Source of the DNA: Lingula anatina
Lineage: Eukaryota > Animalia > Brachiopoda
NCBI GenBank assembly: GCA_051362555.1
Contig: CM120649.1
Coordinates: forward strand, 1-64,000
Direction: 5' to 3'
Length of the DNA stretch: 64,000 bases
Part shown: piece after piece, positions 40,101 through 50,931 of the stretch
How positions within the stretch are numbered: position 1 is the stretch's first letter
How the letters are laid out: the number at the start of each line of letters is the position of its first letter
Notes under the pieces: model-generated
The model's database searches: none
The model's input: the letters and a program-made list of their open reading frames with translations, nothing else
What the model was told of the DNA's origin: nothing
Translations under genes and position numbers: made by a program

Positions 40101-43100
40101 ATTGTACTGTGTGGTATGTTTTCAGGCTAGTTTAGAGAGTGAGCTTAACAAGAATGGCCAGGTGATCAAAGGATTTGTGTCTCTGTGTCGGGAAATCTTC
40201 TGTAGATTTGTTGACCAGTATTTTCCCACAGTCATTGAAGGCACAGTAAGTAAAAAAAAACATCTGAGCAGAAAGTACCATGCTATGTCATTATAGATAC
40301 ATTGAGAGAATGATCCTGTGAATTTGAATACTTCAATAGCAACTATATTTTGAAATTAATTTAACTTTCAGGATTGTGTAACATTGAAATGTAACAGAAA
40401 TATTACAGCACAAATAACTCTGGTACTAGTATTTGGTAACGCTAGGTAATATCCCACAGAAGAGTAGGTAAATGTATTTCATATATTTTGATGTCTTCAG
40501 GTATGAAATTGTATTTTGATTTTTCATATAACTGTACATGTTTGAAAATGTGATTGCTTTATTTCTTCAGGCTAAAGGGAGCTCAGATGACTGGAGTGTG
40601 ACTGCCAAAACCATGTTGATGGATTTTTCATATAACTGTACATGTTTGAAAATGTGATTGCTTTATTTCTTCAGGCTAAAGGGAGCTCAGATGACTGGAG
40701 TGTGACTGCCAAAACCATGTTGATGGATTTTTCATATAACTGTACATGTTTTAAAATGTGATTGCTTTATTTCTTCAGGCTAAAGGGAGCTCAGATGACT
40801 GGAGTGTGACTGCCAAAACCATGTTGATGGTGTTTTCATATAACTGTACATGTTTTAAAATGTGATTGCTTTATTTCTTCAGGCTAAAGGGAGCTCAGAT
40901 GACTGGAGTGTGACTGCCAAAACCATGTTGATGGTGTTTTCATATAACTGTACATGTTTTAAAATGTGATTGCTTTATTTCTTCAGGCTAAAGGGAGCTC
41001 AGATGACTGGAGTGTGACTGCCAAAACCATGTTGATGGTGTTTTCATATAACTGTACATGTTTTAAAATGTGATTGCTTTATTTCTTCAGGCTAAAGGGA
41101 GCTCAGATGACTGGAGTGTGACTGCCAAAACCATGTTGATGGATTTTTCTAAAAAAATCAAGCTTCCAGACAGGTGCTTTAATTTTACTTTCTAACATTA
41201 TTCTTTCAATATAAGGTATTTTTGAGAGAATAGCTAAAAGTTTAGTGATAAATAAATAAGTAAATTAAAGCATGGTCAAAATTGCCATTATTTAAACAAT
41301 GTGCCACAAGCTTTCACCAGTTTTTATTGTGAAATTTGTATATATGATGAATATATTTTGCAGTCTTAAGACATGTTTAAGATATAAATTCATTTTAAGT
41401 TTCAATGTGTCTTCAATTTGCAATAATTTGGCACATGTTTAAGTTATTATATGTACATTTACCCTTTTCTCTTCTGAATGGGAGAAGTGGGGTCATTTCT
41501 GGATTTTGATATCTATAATTGTATGATTCCAGACTGTGTTAATTTTTATCCAATTATTTATATAAATCTTAATATGGTAAAAAAAAAGTAAATTGTTTTT
41601 TATGAGATGAAGTGTTTTACATTTGCTTGGTCACATGATTGACTATTGGATGTGGGATCAGATGGGACGTGGAAACCAGTAAAAACTTCTTTAGTCTCTT
41701 AATTAAGAAACGGTTGACTTTTTTACCATCTATACCAAAGAGAAAAAATAAAACTTGTTTTTCTATATTTTTATCATAGCCCTCTTGATGTGATCATTGA
41801 TCAAATGGGAGGTCCCGACAGTGTGGCAGAGATGACAGGAAGACGAGGAAGAGTGGTTCGTAGATGTCACACACTGACCCCATCTTATGAGCTACGAGAC
41901 TCTGACTCTAATGGCGGAATGGACAGTCTAAATGTTAGAGAGGTATTACTATTAATTGTGTATGTCTGTTCAAAATAAACGGTACGAGACCTTGACTCTA
42001 ATGGTGTAATGGACAGTCTAAATGTTAGAGAGGTATTACTATTAATTGTGTATGTCTGTTCAAAATAAATGTTACGAGACCTTGACTCTAATGGTGTAAT
42101 GGACAGTCTAAATGTTAGAGAGGTAATACTATTAACTGTGTATGTCTGTTCAAAATAAATGACATCATGCTTTGGTCAGGTTTATACCTTGTTATTAAGA
42201 TTGTTTACTCTTTTTAAATATGCATAAAAATCAAGTAAATCTAAGTGTGTTTGTTTATTTAGAGTTTTATGCTCTAAAGTACATTATTACGTAATACATA
42301 ATTTAGGATTAACAAATTATTAAAGAAGCAGGTTATCAATTTTATTAATCAAATTTGCTTATACTATTTTTAAACTAAATGTATTAATATTTGCTGTTTA
42401 GAGAAATGCATTCATGGAAGGAAGGAAATTAGTGGCCATTATTTCAGATGCTGCTAGCACAGGTAAGATGAAGTTGTTTTGGGAGTGGAAATGGTAATTG
42501 TTTAATTGAGGTCAGGAGGTCCACTGCCTCCAAACCAGCTGACCACTTTGAGCAGACAATCTGGCTTTATTGAGAGGATGAAAAAGTAAAATAGACTAAA
42601 AAGTAAATCTTGTCTGAAGAAATACAACTTTACACAATGAAAAACCCTGTTCACCACAGATGGATTGATTTTTTATTTCACTAATATGGTAATGACTATA
42701 ATTTTGCCATCTTCTAGAAGCTTTTACTAGTTTGTTATCTCATCCCTCATTGGCTGATTTCAGGAATTTCTCTTCATGCTGACCTGAGAGCAGCCAATCA
42801 GCGCCGCAGAATCCATTTAACTGTGGAGCTTCCATGGAGCGCAGACAAGGCGGTGCAGCAGTTAGGGAGGTCACACAGGTCAAATCAGAGTAGTGGACCT
42901 CTCTATAAACTACTTACAACAAATCTGGGTGGGGAGCGACGCTTTGCTGCAGCTGTAGCCAGGAGATTACAGTCATTAGGTATGGAACTGAAATAGTTGA
43001 AAATGACTGCTCTGTAATAGGAGGCATTAGGTATGGAACTGAAATAGTTGAAAATGACTGCTCTGTAATAGGAGTCATTAGGTATGGAACTGAAATAGTT

Positions 43101-46100
43101 GAAAATGACTGCTTTATAATAGGAGTCATTAGGTATGGAACTGAAATAGTTGAAAATGACTGCTTTATAATAGGAGTCATTAGGTATGGGACTGAAATAG
43201 TTGAAAATGACTGCTTTATAATAGGAGTCATTAGGTATGGAACTGAAATAGTTGAAAATGACTGCTTTATAATAGGAGTCATTAGGTATGGAACTGAAAT
43301 AGTTGAAAATGACTGCTTTATAATAGGAGTCATTAGGTATGGAACTGAAATACTTGAAAATGACTGCTTTATAATAGGAGTCATTAGGTATGGAACTGAA
43401 ATGGTTGAAAATGACTGCTTTATAATAGGAGTCATTAGGTATGGGACTGAAATAGTTGAAAATGACTGCTCTGTAATTTGAGTCATTAGGTATGGAACTG
43501 AAATACTTGAAAATGACTGCTCTATAATATTGCTGGAGCAATCAAATTTTGATATTCATGAACATGATTACACCATATTTGAAAAGAAGTGAAGCTTTAC
43601 TTTTATTCACAATTACTGCATTCTGGTTGTTAAACCCTCTGGGTAATTCCATTATCGTTAGTAACCTAAGTTTCTGAATTTTTTTTAAATTTGACTTCCT
43701 GCAGTCAAAGATTTAAACTTCTGATGGTTTTCATTGTGAAGATTCTAAATACATTGAGAGCTGGGTACCTACAGTAGTATAAACCTATGCCTGTGTTGCA
43801 TGTTTGAGGTTCTCTTGAGGGTGTTGGCCTATGTTTTAAAAACCATAATTTTCTGTTTACCTGTACAAAAACTTTTTTATTTATTTATTTGATGTGAGGT
43901 AGGTGTTTTATTAACATACATTGCCATTCCTGTGATGCCATGCAGTTTTCTGAAGTTTTTCTCATTTTCACTGTGAACTCTTCTTTCTTTTCCACCAGAT
44001 ATTCCATTGTTCTTTTCATGTCAGGCACTGTAACCAAGGGAGACAGGTGAACTTTTCTTTCTCTTCCATCAAATATTCCATTGTTCTTTACATGGCAGGT
44101 GTTCTAACCAAGGGAGACAGGTGAACTTTTCTTTCTCTTCAATCAAATATTCCATTGTTCTTTACATGGCAGGTGTTCTAACCAAGGGAGACAGGTGAAC
44201 TTTTCTTTCTTTTCCACCAAATATTCCATTGTTCTTTACATGGCAGGTGCTCTAACCAAGGGAGACAAGTGAACTCTTCTTTCTTTTCCATCGAATATTC
44301 CATTGTTCTTTACATGGCAGGTGCTCTAACCAAGGGAGACAAGTGAACTCTTCTTTCTTTTCCCTCGAATATTCCATTGTTCTTTACATGGTAGGTGCTC
44401 TAACTAAGGGAGACAGGTGAACTCTTCTTTCTTTTCCATTGAATATTCCATTGTTCTTTACATGGCAGGTGTTCTAACCAAGGGAGACAGGTGAACTTTT
44501 CTTTCTTTTCCACCAAATATTCCATTGTTCTTTACATGGCAGGTGCTCTAACCAAGGGAGACAAGTGAACTCTTCTTTCTTTTCCATCGAATATTCCATT
44601 GTTCTTTACATGGCAGGTGCTCTAACCAAGGGAGACAAGTGAACTCTTCTTTCTTTTCCCTCGAATATTCCATTGTTCTTTACATGGTAGGTGCTCTAAC
44701 CAAGGGAGACAGGTGAACTCTTCTTTCTTTTCCATCGAATATTCCATTGTTCTTTACATGGCAGGTGTTCTAACCAAGGGAGACAGGTGAACTTTTCTTT
44801 CTCTTCAATCAAATATTCCATTGTTCTTTACATGGCAGGTGTTCTAACCAAGGGAGACAGGTGAACTTTTCTTTCTTTTCCACCAAATATTCCATTGTTC
44901 TTTACATGGCAGGTGCTCTAACCAAGGGAGACAAGTGAACTCTTCTTTCTTTTCCATCGAATATTCCATTGTTCTTTACATGGCAGGTGCTCTAACCAAG
45001 GGAGACAGGTGAACTCTTCTTTCTTTTCCACCAAATATTCCATTGTTCTTTACATGGCAGGTGTTCTAACTAAGGGAGACAAGTGAACTTTTCTTTCTCT
45101 TCCATCAAATATTCCATTGTTCTTTACCTGCTAGGTGCTCTAACCAAGGGAGACAGGTGAACTCTTCTTTCTTTTCCATCAAATATTCCATTGTTCTTTA
45201 TATGGCAGGCGCTCTAACCAAGGGAGACAGGCGGGCTGCCACTGGAGCTGACCTGACAGAGTTTAACTTTGACACACCCTATGGGAGAGGAGCGCTACGT
45301 GCAATGTACCATGCAATATCTACAGTAAGTCTATTTTAGTCAGGATGATTGGTGCTGTATATTGTCCAAATCCCTCAGAATGTGGAAAAAGCATGAAACT
45401 TAGTACAAATGTTCTTTGGACTATGCTGATTGTTTTTAAGGGTAGTGCTAAAAACTTCAAAGCGTTGCTTAGCAACTGTTGCTATGGAAGTTAATTAAAT
45501 TAGTAACAAGCTAATTAGACCTTTCTTGTCTAGTTTAAGTGATTTAGAAAGGCTTTTAATAATGTTCCTAGCTTTCTTTTATTTTTAGAGACAACTAGTC
45601 CAAGGGGTTTCCCTGTCAAAAGTAACCCAGGAAAATTTTGACTTTGCTCAATTTAATGCAATAATGCAAGAGAGTCTCGTTCTCATGGGAATGGTGGATG
45701 CAGATGCCATTCGAGCAGGAATTCCAGTAAAAGAGAAAGAGGCTGGTGATGTTGGAAGATTTCTGAATAGAATTCTAGGACTGGCTGTCCAGAAACAGAA
45801 CCTGGTATGTAGGCACTGAATGTGAACTATTTTGATAGGCAGATATCCTCTTAAAGGAATACAATGTATGTTTGACATATTTATATCGCAAGTTTGTCAT
45901 CTTGGAAATCTCAGCGATTTTCCCTTTATCTCCAATTAAGGTATTGTCAATACTGTTGATATAACATCATTTTGGAAAAGCTCATTATTTACATCAGAGC
46001 TTGGGTATAGATTTTGCTTTAATTTGCTGTGATATTTGTGATGTTTATTTTCATATATACTTCACTTTTTTGCAGGCTTTCAGTTATTTCACAGAAAGTC

Positions 46101-49100
46101 TGGAGACGGCCATCAATAGTGCAAAGAAGGAAGGCAGGTACAATGAGGGGCTGCTTGACATCACAGCAGCCTCCGTGCAGATAGTCGGGGAACCCCGGCA
46201 GGTTTTTAAGGAAGTCAACACAGGAACTTGTACAACAAAGTAGGTTATTGAAACTCAGAAAATTTGTAATTTGGAAGGTAGGAATATTTGTTTTAAGTAT
46301 AGAAAAGGGGAGGAAAATATATTCCGGAATGAAATAAAATGTTGGTGTTAGAAATATGGAAAGAAGAGGCCCTTGCTTGATCACTAGATAGAAACTTGTT
46401 GATGAAAAGTTGAAAAGTCATCCTGTTGGTAAAGAAATTCACACATTTAGTATTAAGAAACAATCCATTTTTACTTCCATCATTTTACAAGTGACACGAA
46501 AACATTTCACAATATTTCACAGTCTGTATCTTTGTGTTTGGTGCAGACATGTTGTACTGAGTGTTGACAGAGGGATGAGCTGGGAACGAGCCAAAACCAG
46601 AGCTGAACACCATTCTGGTCCACACGACGGCTTTTACGCCTCAAAGAGAGAGACCAGAGGAAAGAAATTGTATATTTTAGCCACACAGAAAGATACATCA
46701 ACTCATCTCTTCAAAGTTGCCAGGTATGGCGCTTAAATGCCTAAGGAAATATTAGGAAAAATCAAATATCAAAAAATGAAAGTTTTGAAAGTTCTTTAAA
46801 AGTTGACTGAGAAAGAGAAATGGTGCATGTATGAGGATTATATTTGATCAATTATTGATTGGAAATCGATTATTGCTCTCTTAAGATAAAATGATGTAAT
46901 TTTCTTGAAATTTCTGATTTTAGACCCAATACTGGTGTGTCATATTTTGATGAAGAGAAAGCTGAACTTTTTGCCAAATATGTCCCCATTAGCAAGGAAA
47001 CTGCAGGTATGATAATCTCATCAGAATTATCCCTATTAGCAAGGAAACTGCAGGTATGATAATCTCATCAGAATTATCCCTATTAGCAAGGAAACTGCAG
47101 GTATGATAATCTCATCTAAATTATCCCTATTAGCAAGGAAACTGCAGGTATGATAATCTCATCTAAATTATCCCTATTAGCAAGGAAACTGCAGGTATGA
47201 TAATCTCATCTAAATTATCCCTATTAGCAAGGAAACTGCAGGTATGATAATCTCATCTAAATTATCCCCATTAGCAAGGAAACTGCAGGTATGATAATCT
47301 CATCTAAATTATCCCTATTAGCAAGGAAACTGCAGGTATGATAATCTCATCAGAATTATCCCTATTATCCCTATATATATATTTTTTTGTGTGTGAAAAG
47401 CTTCATAGCCCTTGTATTCAAATGCATCTTTTTGATTAAGTGGTCTTTGTTTAATTCTTTATCCTTTTTATTATTCAGAGAAGCACTGGAAGGAACAGTA
47501 TGACCATGCTGAGTCACGGTGTATACATGGACCTCATTGCAAGAATGGACCAACTTGTTCAGGTACTGTTACTGTAATGTTAATGTACTAGTCGCAGTGT
47601 ATACATGGACCTCATTGCAAGAATGGACCAACTTGTTCAGGTACTTTTACTGTAATGTTAATGTACTAGTTACAGTATATACATGGACCTCACTAAGAAT
47701 GGACCAACTTGTTCAGGTACTGTTACTGTAATGTTAATGTACTAGTCACAGTGTATACATGGACCTCATTGCAAGAATGAACCAACTTGTTCAGGTACTG
47801 TTACTGTAATGTTAGTGTACTAGTCACAGTGTATACATGGACCTCATTGCAAGAATGAACCAACTTGTTCAGGTACTGTTACTGTAATGTTAATGTACTA
47901 GTCACAGTGTATACATGGACCTCATTGCAAGAATGGACCAACTTGTTCAGGTACTGTTACTGTAATGTTAATGTACTAGTCACGGTGTATACATGGACCT
48001 CATTGCAAGAATGGACCAACTTGTTCAGGTACTGTTACTGTAATGTTAATGTACTAGTCACGGTGTATACATGGACCTCATTGCAAGAATGGACCAACTT
48101 GTTCAGGTACTGTTACTGTAATGTTAATGTACTAGTTACAGTATATACATGGACCTCACTGTAAGAATGGACCAACTTGTTCAGGTACTGTTACTGTAAT
48201 GTTAATGTAATAGCCACAGTGTATACATGGACCTCACTGTAAGAATGGACCAACTTGTTCAGGTACTGTTACTGTAATGTTAATGTAATAGCCACAGTGT
48301 ATACATGTGCCTGAAGTACCTGAAGTACAAAGACTTCTGCGCGCGGGCAGAGTTAATTGTTTCCTACTGGCCTAACGTAACAGGGTTGCCTCAGCAAATA
48401 TGTCCACAATAATAACTGCGGCCCTGGTAGAGGGTAATGTTTATATGTATGCCTTGGTATTAATGAGAACATTTGCAATACATTGCCTAGGTCCCCATTA
48501 TATTAACTAACTTTATTGATTGCCAGTTTTCTTTCCACCAAGGCAGTGTCAGCAAGAATTTAACATCACCATACAAATGAATTTTGAAATTTTGCTAATG
48601 ACAGATAGGGCTAACACAAAGTTTTATAGTAAATCCTTCTAAAGTTTTAGAAACATGTGAAGGTGTTTGTTGCCATGTACATGTTACAATCCATTGAATT
48701 TTATACTGTTACAGTATGTAGTATAGGGTGTAGATGGCATTAAATTGTTGGTGTATTGAAGAAATTGCAACCTTAAAGAATAAACACTTCTTGAATTAAG
48801 TAATTTTCATTGCTCTCATTTCTGTGTGATTTCAGTGGGCAGCAGGTGCTATAAACTTCACCTGTTGTGTGGTGGAATTGTCACACTGATGTCACACCTG
48901 GAGACAGTGTTGACAAGAAATGCTGCTTCTTTTCACCTTAGGTATGGTTCACTTTCTCTCCATCCCTCCCTCCCCCTCTCTCCATCTCTCTCTCCATCCC
49001 TCCCTCCCCCCTCTCTCCATCTCTCATTCTCCATCCCTAGCTCCCCCTCTCAATCTCTCTCCATCCCTCCCTCCCCCCTCTCTCCATCTCTCCATCCCTC

Positions 49101-50766
49101 CCTCCCCCCTCTCTCCATCTCTCTATCCCTCCCCTCCTCTCTCCATCTTTCTCTGTTGTATTTTTTCTAAGCTTTCTTTGCTTAAAAAAATTATTTATTT
49201 ATTAATAGATTTGTTAAGTTGTTTTATTTACTATTTTTTTCTGTACATCTAAAACTTGGTATTTATTATAGAAGTAAGTCAGAAAAAAATATTTTTCAAA
49301 ATATTACAGTAAGGTGGAGTCCTCAATACGTGTTGTGAGAGTGGAGTTGGATGATGGGGAACGTGTTGTTGGTATTCGTTACCCAGAACTCCTCATTCCA
49401 ATGGCGGAGAGAATGTTGCAGGAGCAGAAATTGGTGGAGACCTTGTCCCAGTCTCAGCTTGTAAGTTGGAAGTGTTTAGATATTACTGTCTGCAGCATTT
49501 CTTCTGGCCCCATGCCATATGCCAGTATAAGGGAAGGACCCACACAAAAATGCAGTAGTATCGAAGTAGCAAAGAAGCATTAACGCAGTAGTGGTGTGGA
49601 GCATATTTGCAGTAGAAATGCAGTAAAGCCTGCTGCAATTCTTCTTCAAAAATTACCTAGGGTTGTACAGAGGAGGAGCATTAATGCAGTAGATTAGCAG
49701 CATGATAGAAGCATGTTTCAAATATGCTAATTAGCTCCCCAATCGAAGCAGATTTGAAGCATGTTTGCAGTACGATTGCAGAAGTCTACTGCGGTTTGCA
49801 GTATGGTTGCAGTAGTCTACTGCGCTGGAGTATCTACTTCGTTTTCGTGCGGGCTCGAGAGCCATTGAAATTCTGTAAATAAGTCAAAAAGTTACTGATG
49901 ATTGTTTCTGAAATAGTTTTGTAGACCCTTGTTGACCGATAGGGTCTATTTTCACAGGCTATTTTTTCACCGTAGATGAATATCAAAAACTTGGTGGATT
50001 TATGTTATATAAAAACAAATTTTTTTTGAAATTATTTTTTTTTAATTTTCATGCCAGTTAAATACATGTGAAAATATGATGTTGATTTTACTTTTTTTTC
50101 TTTTTTTGCAATAAAGGTACTGTTTAGTATATTTCATTATTGACTAAATTGATCAGTGGATTGGTAGACAATTAGAATCATAAGATGATCATTTCATTTC
50201 AGTCTGTCGTCAATGGTCAGGTTATGAGAATTTCAAATACAACTCCTCCCACAATTAATCACTCCACTGTAGAACCAGCGACACTTGTAAACCAGAAATC
50301 CTTAGCAAGAGCCTTGAAACCACCTGTGACAATCAGAAATTTCTTCCAATCAGTAACGAAAACTGAAAGCAAAGCTGAGAGAGGATTAGTTGCAGAAACA
50401 GAAGGGAAGGAGTCATCATTTTCAGCTTTGTCTGCTGAAGCTGATGGTGGCTCAGCAGTAAATGAAAGTAGTGAAGCTGCAAACTCCAACAAGTTTACTT
50501 CAAATATCCCCCCTTCCTTTTCTTCAGATAGAGGGTCATCATTTTCTCAAAATAGAAAAAGAATTAGCTTGTCGAATCTCCCCAATGCAAAGGCTCCAAA
50601 AAGACAGAAGCAGAGCAACATCATGGCTTCTTTTGCAGCTGTAACCAAGAAAGAGGAGAATAAGAAATTCAAAGCAGCAATGTGCCCTATATGTGGGAAA
50701 GAATTTGAGAAGGGACTTTCAAATCAAGCACTGAATGATCACATAGACAACTGTATCATTGAGTGA
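28072..50766 (+). CDS. SBNO: Strawberry notch (SBNO)-family SF2 helicase-like protein (~1275 aa) with a C-terminal UBZ4-type zinc finger
   Basis: 30 GT-AG exons, 3828 nt, frame-consistent: 28072-28082, 28551-28862, 29210-29300, 30313-30420, 30956-31042, 31534-31625, 31962-32030, 32284-32363, 32585-32697, 32878-32930, 33297-33360, 33729-33819, 34337-34416, 34733-34800, 35749-35859, 36219-36312, 40126-40245, 41091-41173, 41780-41942, 42402-42462, 42764-42979, 45209-45324, 45589-45804, 46076-46239, 46547-46723, 46924-47006, 47479-47562, 48836-48941, 49310-49460, 50203-50766. Family motifs: [92 protein letters not shown]. The start could instead be ATG 28582. The symbol names the family; orthology to SBNO1/2 is not established. 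Confidence 0.95.
29232..29430 (+). repeat. Donor-junction array, 61 bp, 3 donors (SBNO exon 3)
   Basis: ggctggctctctggct|gt at 29301, 29362 and 29423. Confidence 0.9.
29727..30048. repeat. Mid-intron minisatellite, 79 bp x4
   Basis: cattgtcaaggtg at 29727, 29806, 29885 and 29964; copies appear identical. Confidence 0.97.
31005..31184 (+). repeat. Donor-junction array, 45 bp x4 (SBNO exon 5, Walker A)
   Basis: ggtaaaggaagacag|gt at 31043, 31088, 31133 and 31178. Confidence 0.97.
31893..31973 (+). repeat. Acceptor-junction duplication, 40 bp x2 (SBNO exon 7)
   Basis: tatgtag|ggatctgactga with AG ending at 31921 and 31961. Confidence 0.9.
33240..33303 (+). repeat. Acceptor-junction duplication, 39 bp spacing x2, diverged (SBNO exon 11)
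   Basis: attatctctgcattctag|gttattg and attatctctacattgtag|gttattg. Confidence 0.8.
33788..33877 (+). repeat. Donor-junction duplication, 45 bp x2 (SBNO exon 12)
   Basis: cacagaaaagggttgg|gtatgtattttat (GT 33820) and cacagaaaagggctgg|gtgtgtattttat (GT 33865). Confidence 0.9.
35228..35601. repeat. Mid-intron minisatellite, 47 bp x8, each unit hairpin-forming
   Basis: ctgccatacatacctatgaggcagatgtggcagaactaatctattat; tctgcca pairs with tggcaga. Confidence 0.97.
36277..37422 (+). repeat. Donor-junction array, 52 bp x22 (SBNO exon 16)
   Basis: ttctgtgtggtgattggattacagacaactggagag|gtaaaacatttctgtt. First GT at 36313, last at 37403. Confidence 0.97.
37694..40112. repeat. Intronic minisatellite, 38 bp, ~63 copies, abutting the exon 17 acceptor
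   Basis: gatataataattagttggtgatatatattgtactgtgt; the array ends ~12 nt before the AG at 40124-40125. Confidence 0.97.
40518..41149 (+). repeat. Acceptor-junction array, 104 bp x6 (SBNO exon 18)
   Basis: tttatttcttcag|gctaaagggagc with AG ending at 40570, 40674, 40778, 40882, 40986 and 41090. Confidence 0.97.
41894..42161 (+). repeat. Donor-junction array, 90 bp x3 (SBNO exon 19)
   Basis: ctaaatgttagagag|gta at 41943, 42033 and 42123. Confidence 0.95.
42971..43529 (+). repeat. Donor-junction array, 51 bp x11 (SBNO exon 21)
   Basis: agtcattag|gtatggaactgaaatag; GT at 42980, then every 51 bp to 43490. Confidence 0.97.
43973..45230 (+). repeat. Acceptor-junction array, 74 bp x17 (SBNO exon 22)
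   Basis: gtgaactcttctttc...catggcag|gtgctctaaccaagggagacag; AG at 44024, then every 74 bp to 45208. Confidence 0.97.
45343..45549. mobile_element. Interspersed repeat fragment; inverted copy at ~58282-58488
   Basis: tcagaatgtggaaaaagcatgaaactt...gcgttgcttagcaac...agctaattagacctttcttgtc matches the reverse complement of 58282-58488. Family not determined. Confidence 0.75.
46983..47367 (+). repeat. Donor-junction array, 47 bp x8 (SBNO exon 26)
   Basis: attagcaaggaaactgcag|gtatgataatctc; GT at 47007, then every 47 bp to 47336. Confidence 0.97.
47512..48308 (+). repeat. Donor-junction array, 78 bp x10 (SBNO exon 27)
   Basis: gaatggaccaacttgttcag|gtactgttactg; GT from 47563 to 48263. Confidence 0.97.
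48953..49152. repeat. Polypyrimidine low-complexity repeat (ctctccatccctccc-like)
   Basis: About 200 bp of almost pure C/T just after the exon 28 donor. Confidence 0.9.
49538..49853. mobile_element. Degenerate MITE with CCC termini and internal gcagta/gaagca repeats
   Basis: cccacacaaaaatgcagtag matches the reverse complement of ctacttcgttttcgtgcggg at 16/20. Confidence 0.55.
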
Positions 50767-50925
50767 TTTTTAAAGCAGTGTGAAGGTGCTACAGTAACTA
50801 TTATTTTGTAAAATATACGATGACGTTTTTTAAAATAATATACAACTTGCATTTCGTGTATTTTATATTCATTGGATGCATCCAGTTTGAAGAACTTCAT
50901 TTTATAAATCTAGTGTTTTCAAACA

Positions 50926-50931
50926 AATAAA
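50926..50931 (+). terminator. Polyadenylation signal of the SBNO-like gene
   Basis: AATAAA 160 nt after the stop codon, followed by GT/T-rich sequence. Confidence 0.6.

Noticed and set aside
42903-43541. 212-aa and 190-aa minus-strand repeat ORFs
   Set aside because: A by-product of a 51-bp (17-codon) unit lacking stops on that strand; antisense to an SBNO intron.
47519-48164. Repetitive plus-strand ORFs ([18 protein letters not shown])
   Set aside because: Out-of-frame readings of the 78-bp donor array.
10177-48308. Regularly spaced repeats as CRISPR arrays
   Set aside because: No unique spacers (whole units are tandem), no cas genes, and a eukaryotic intron-exon context.
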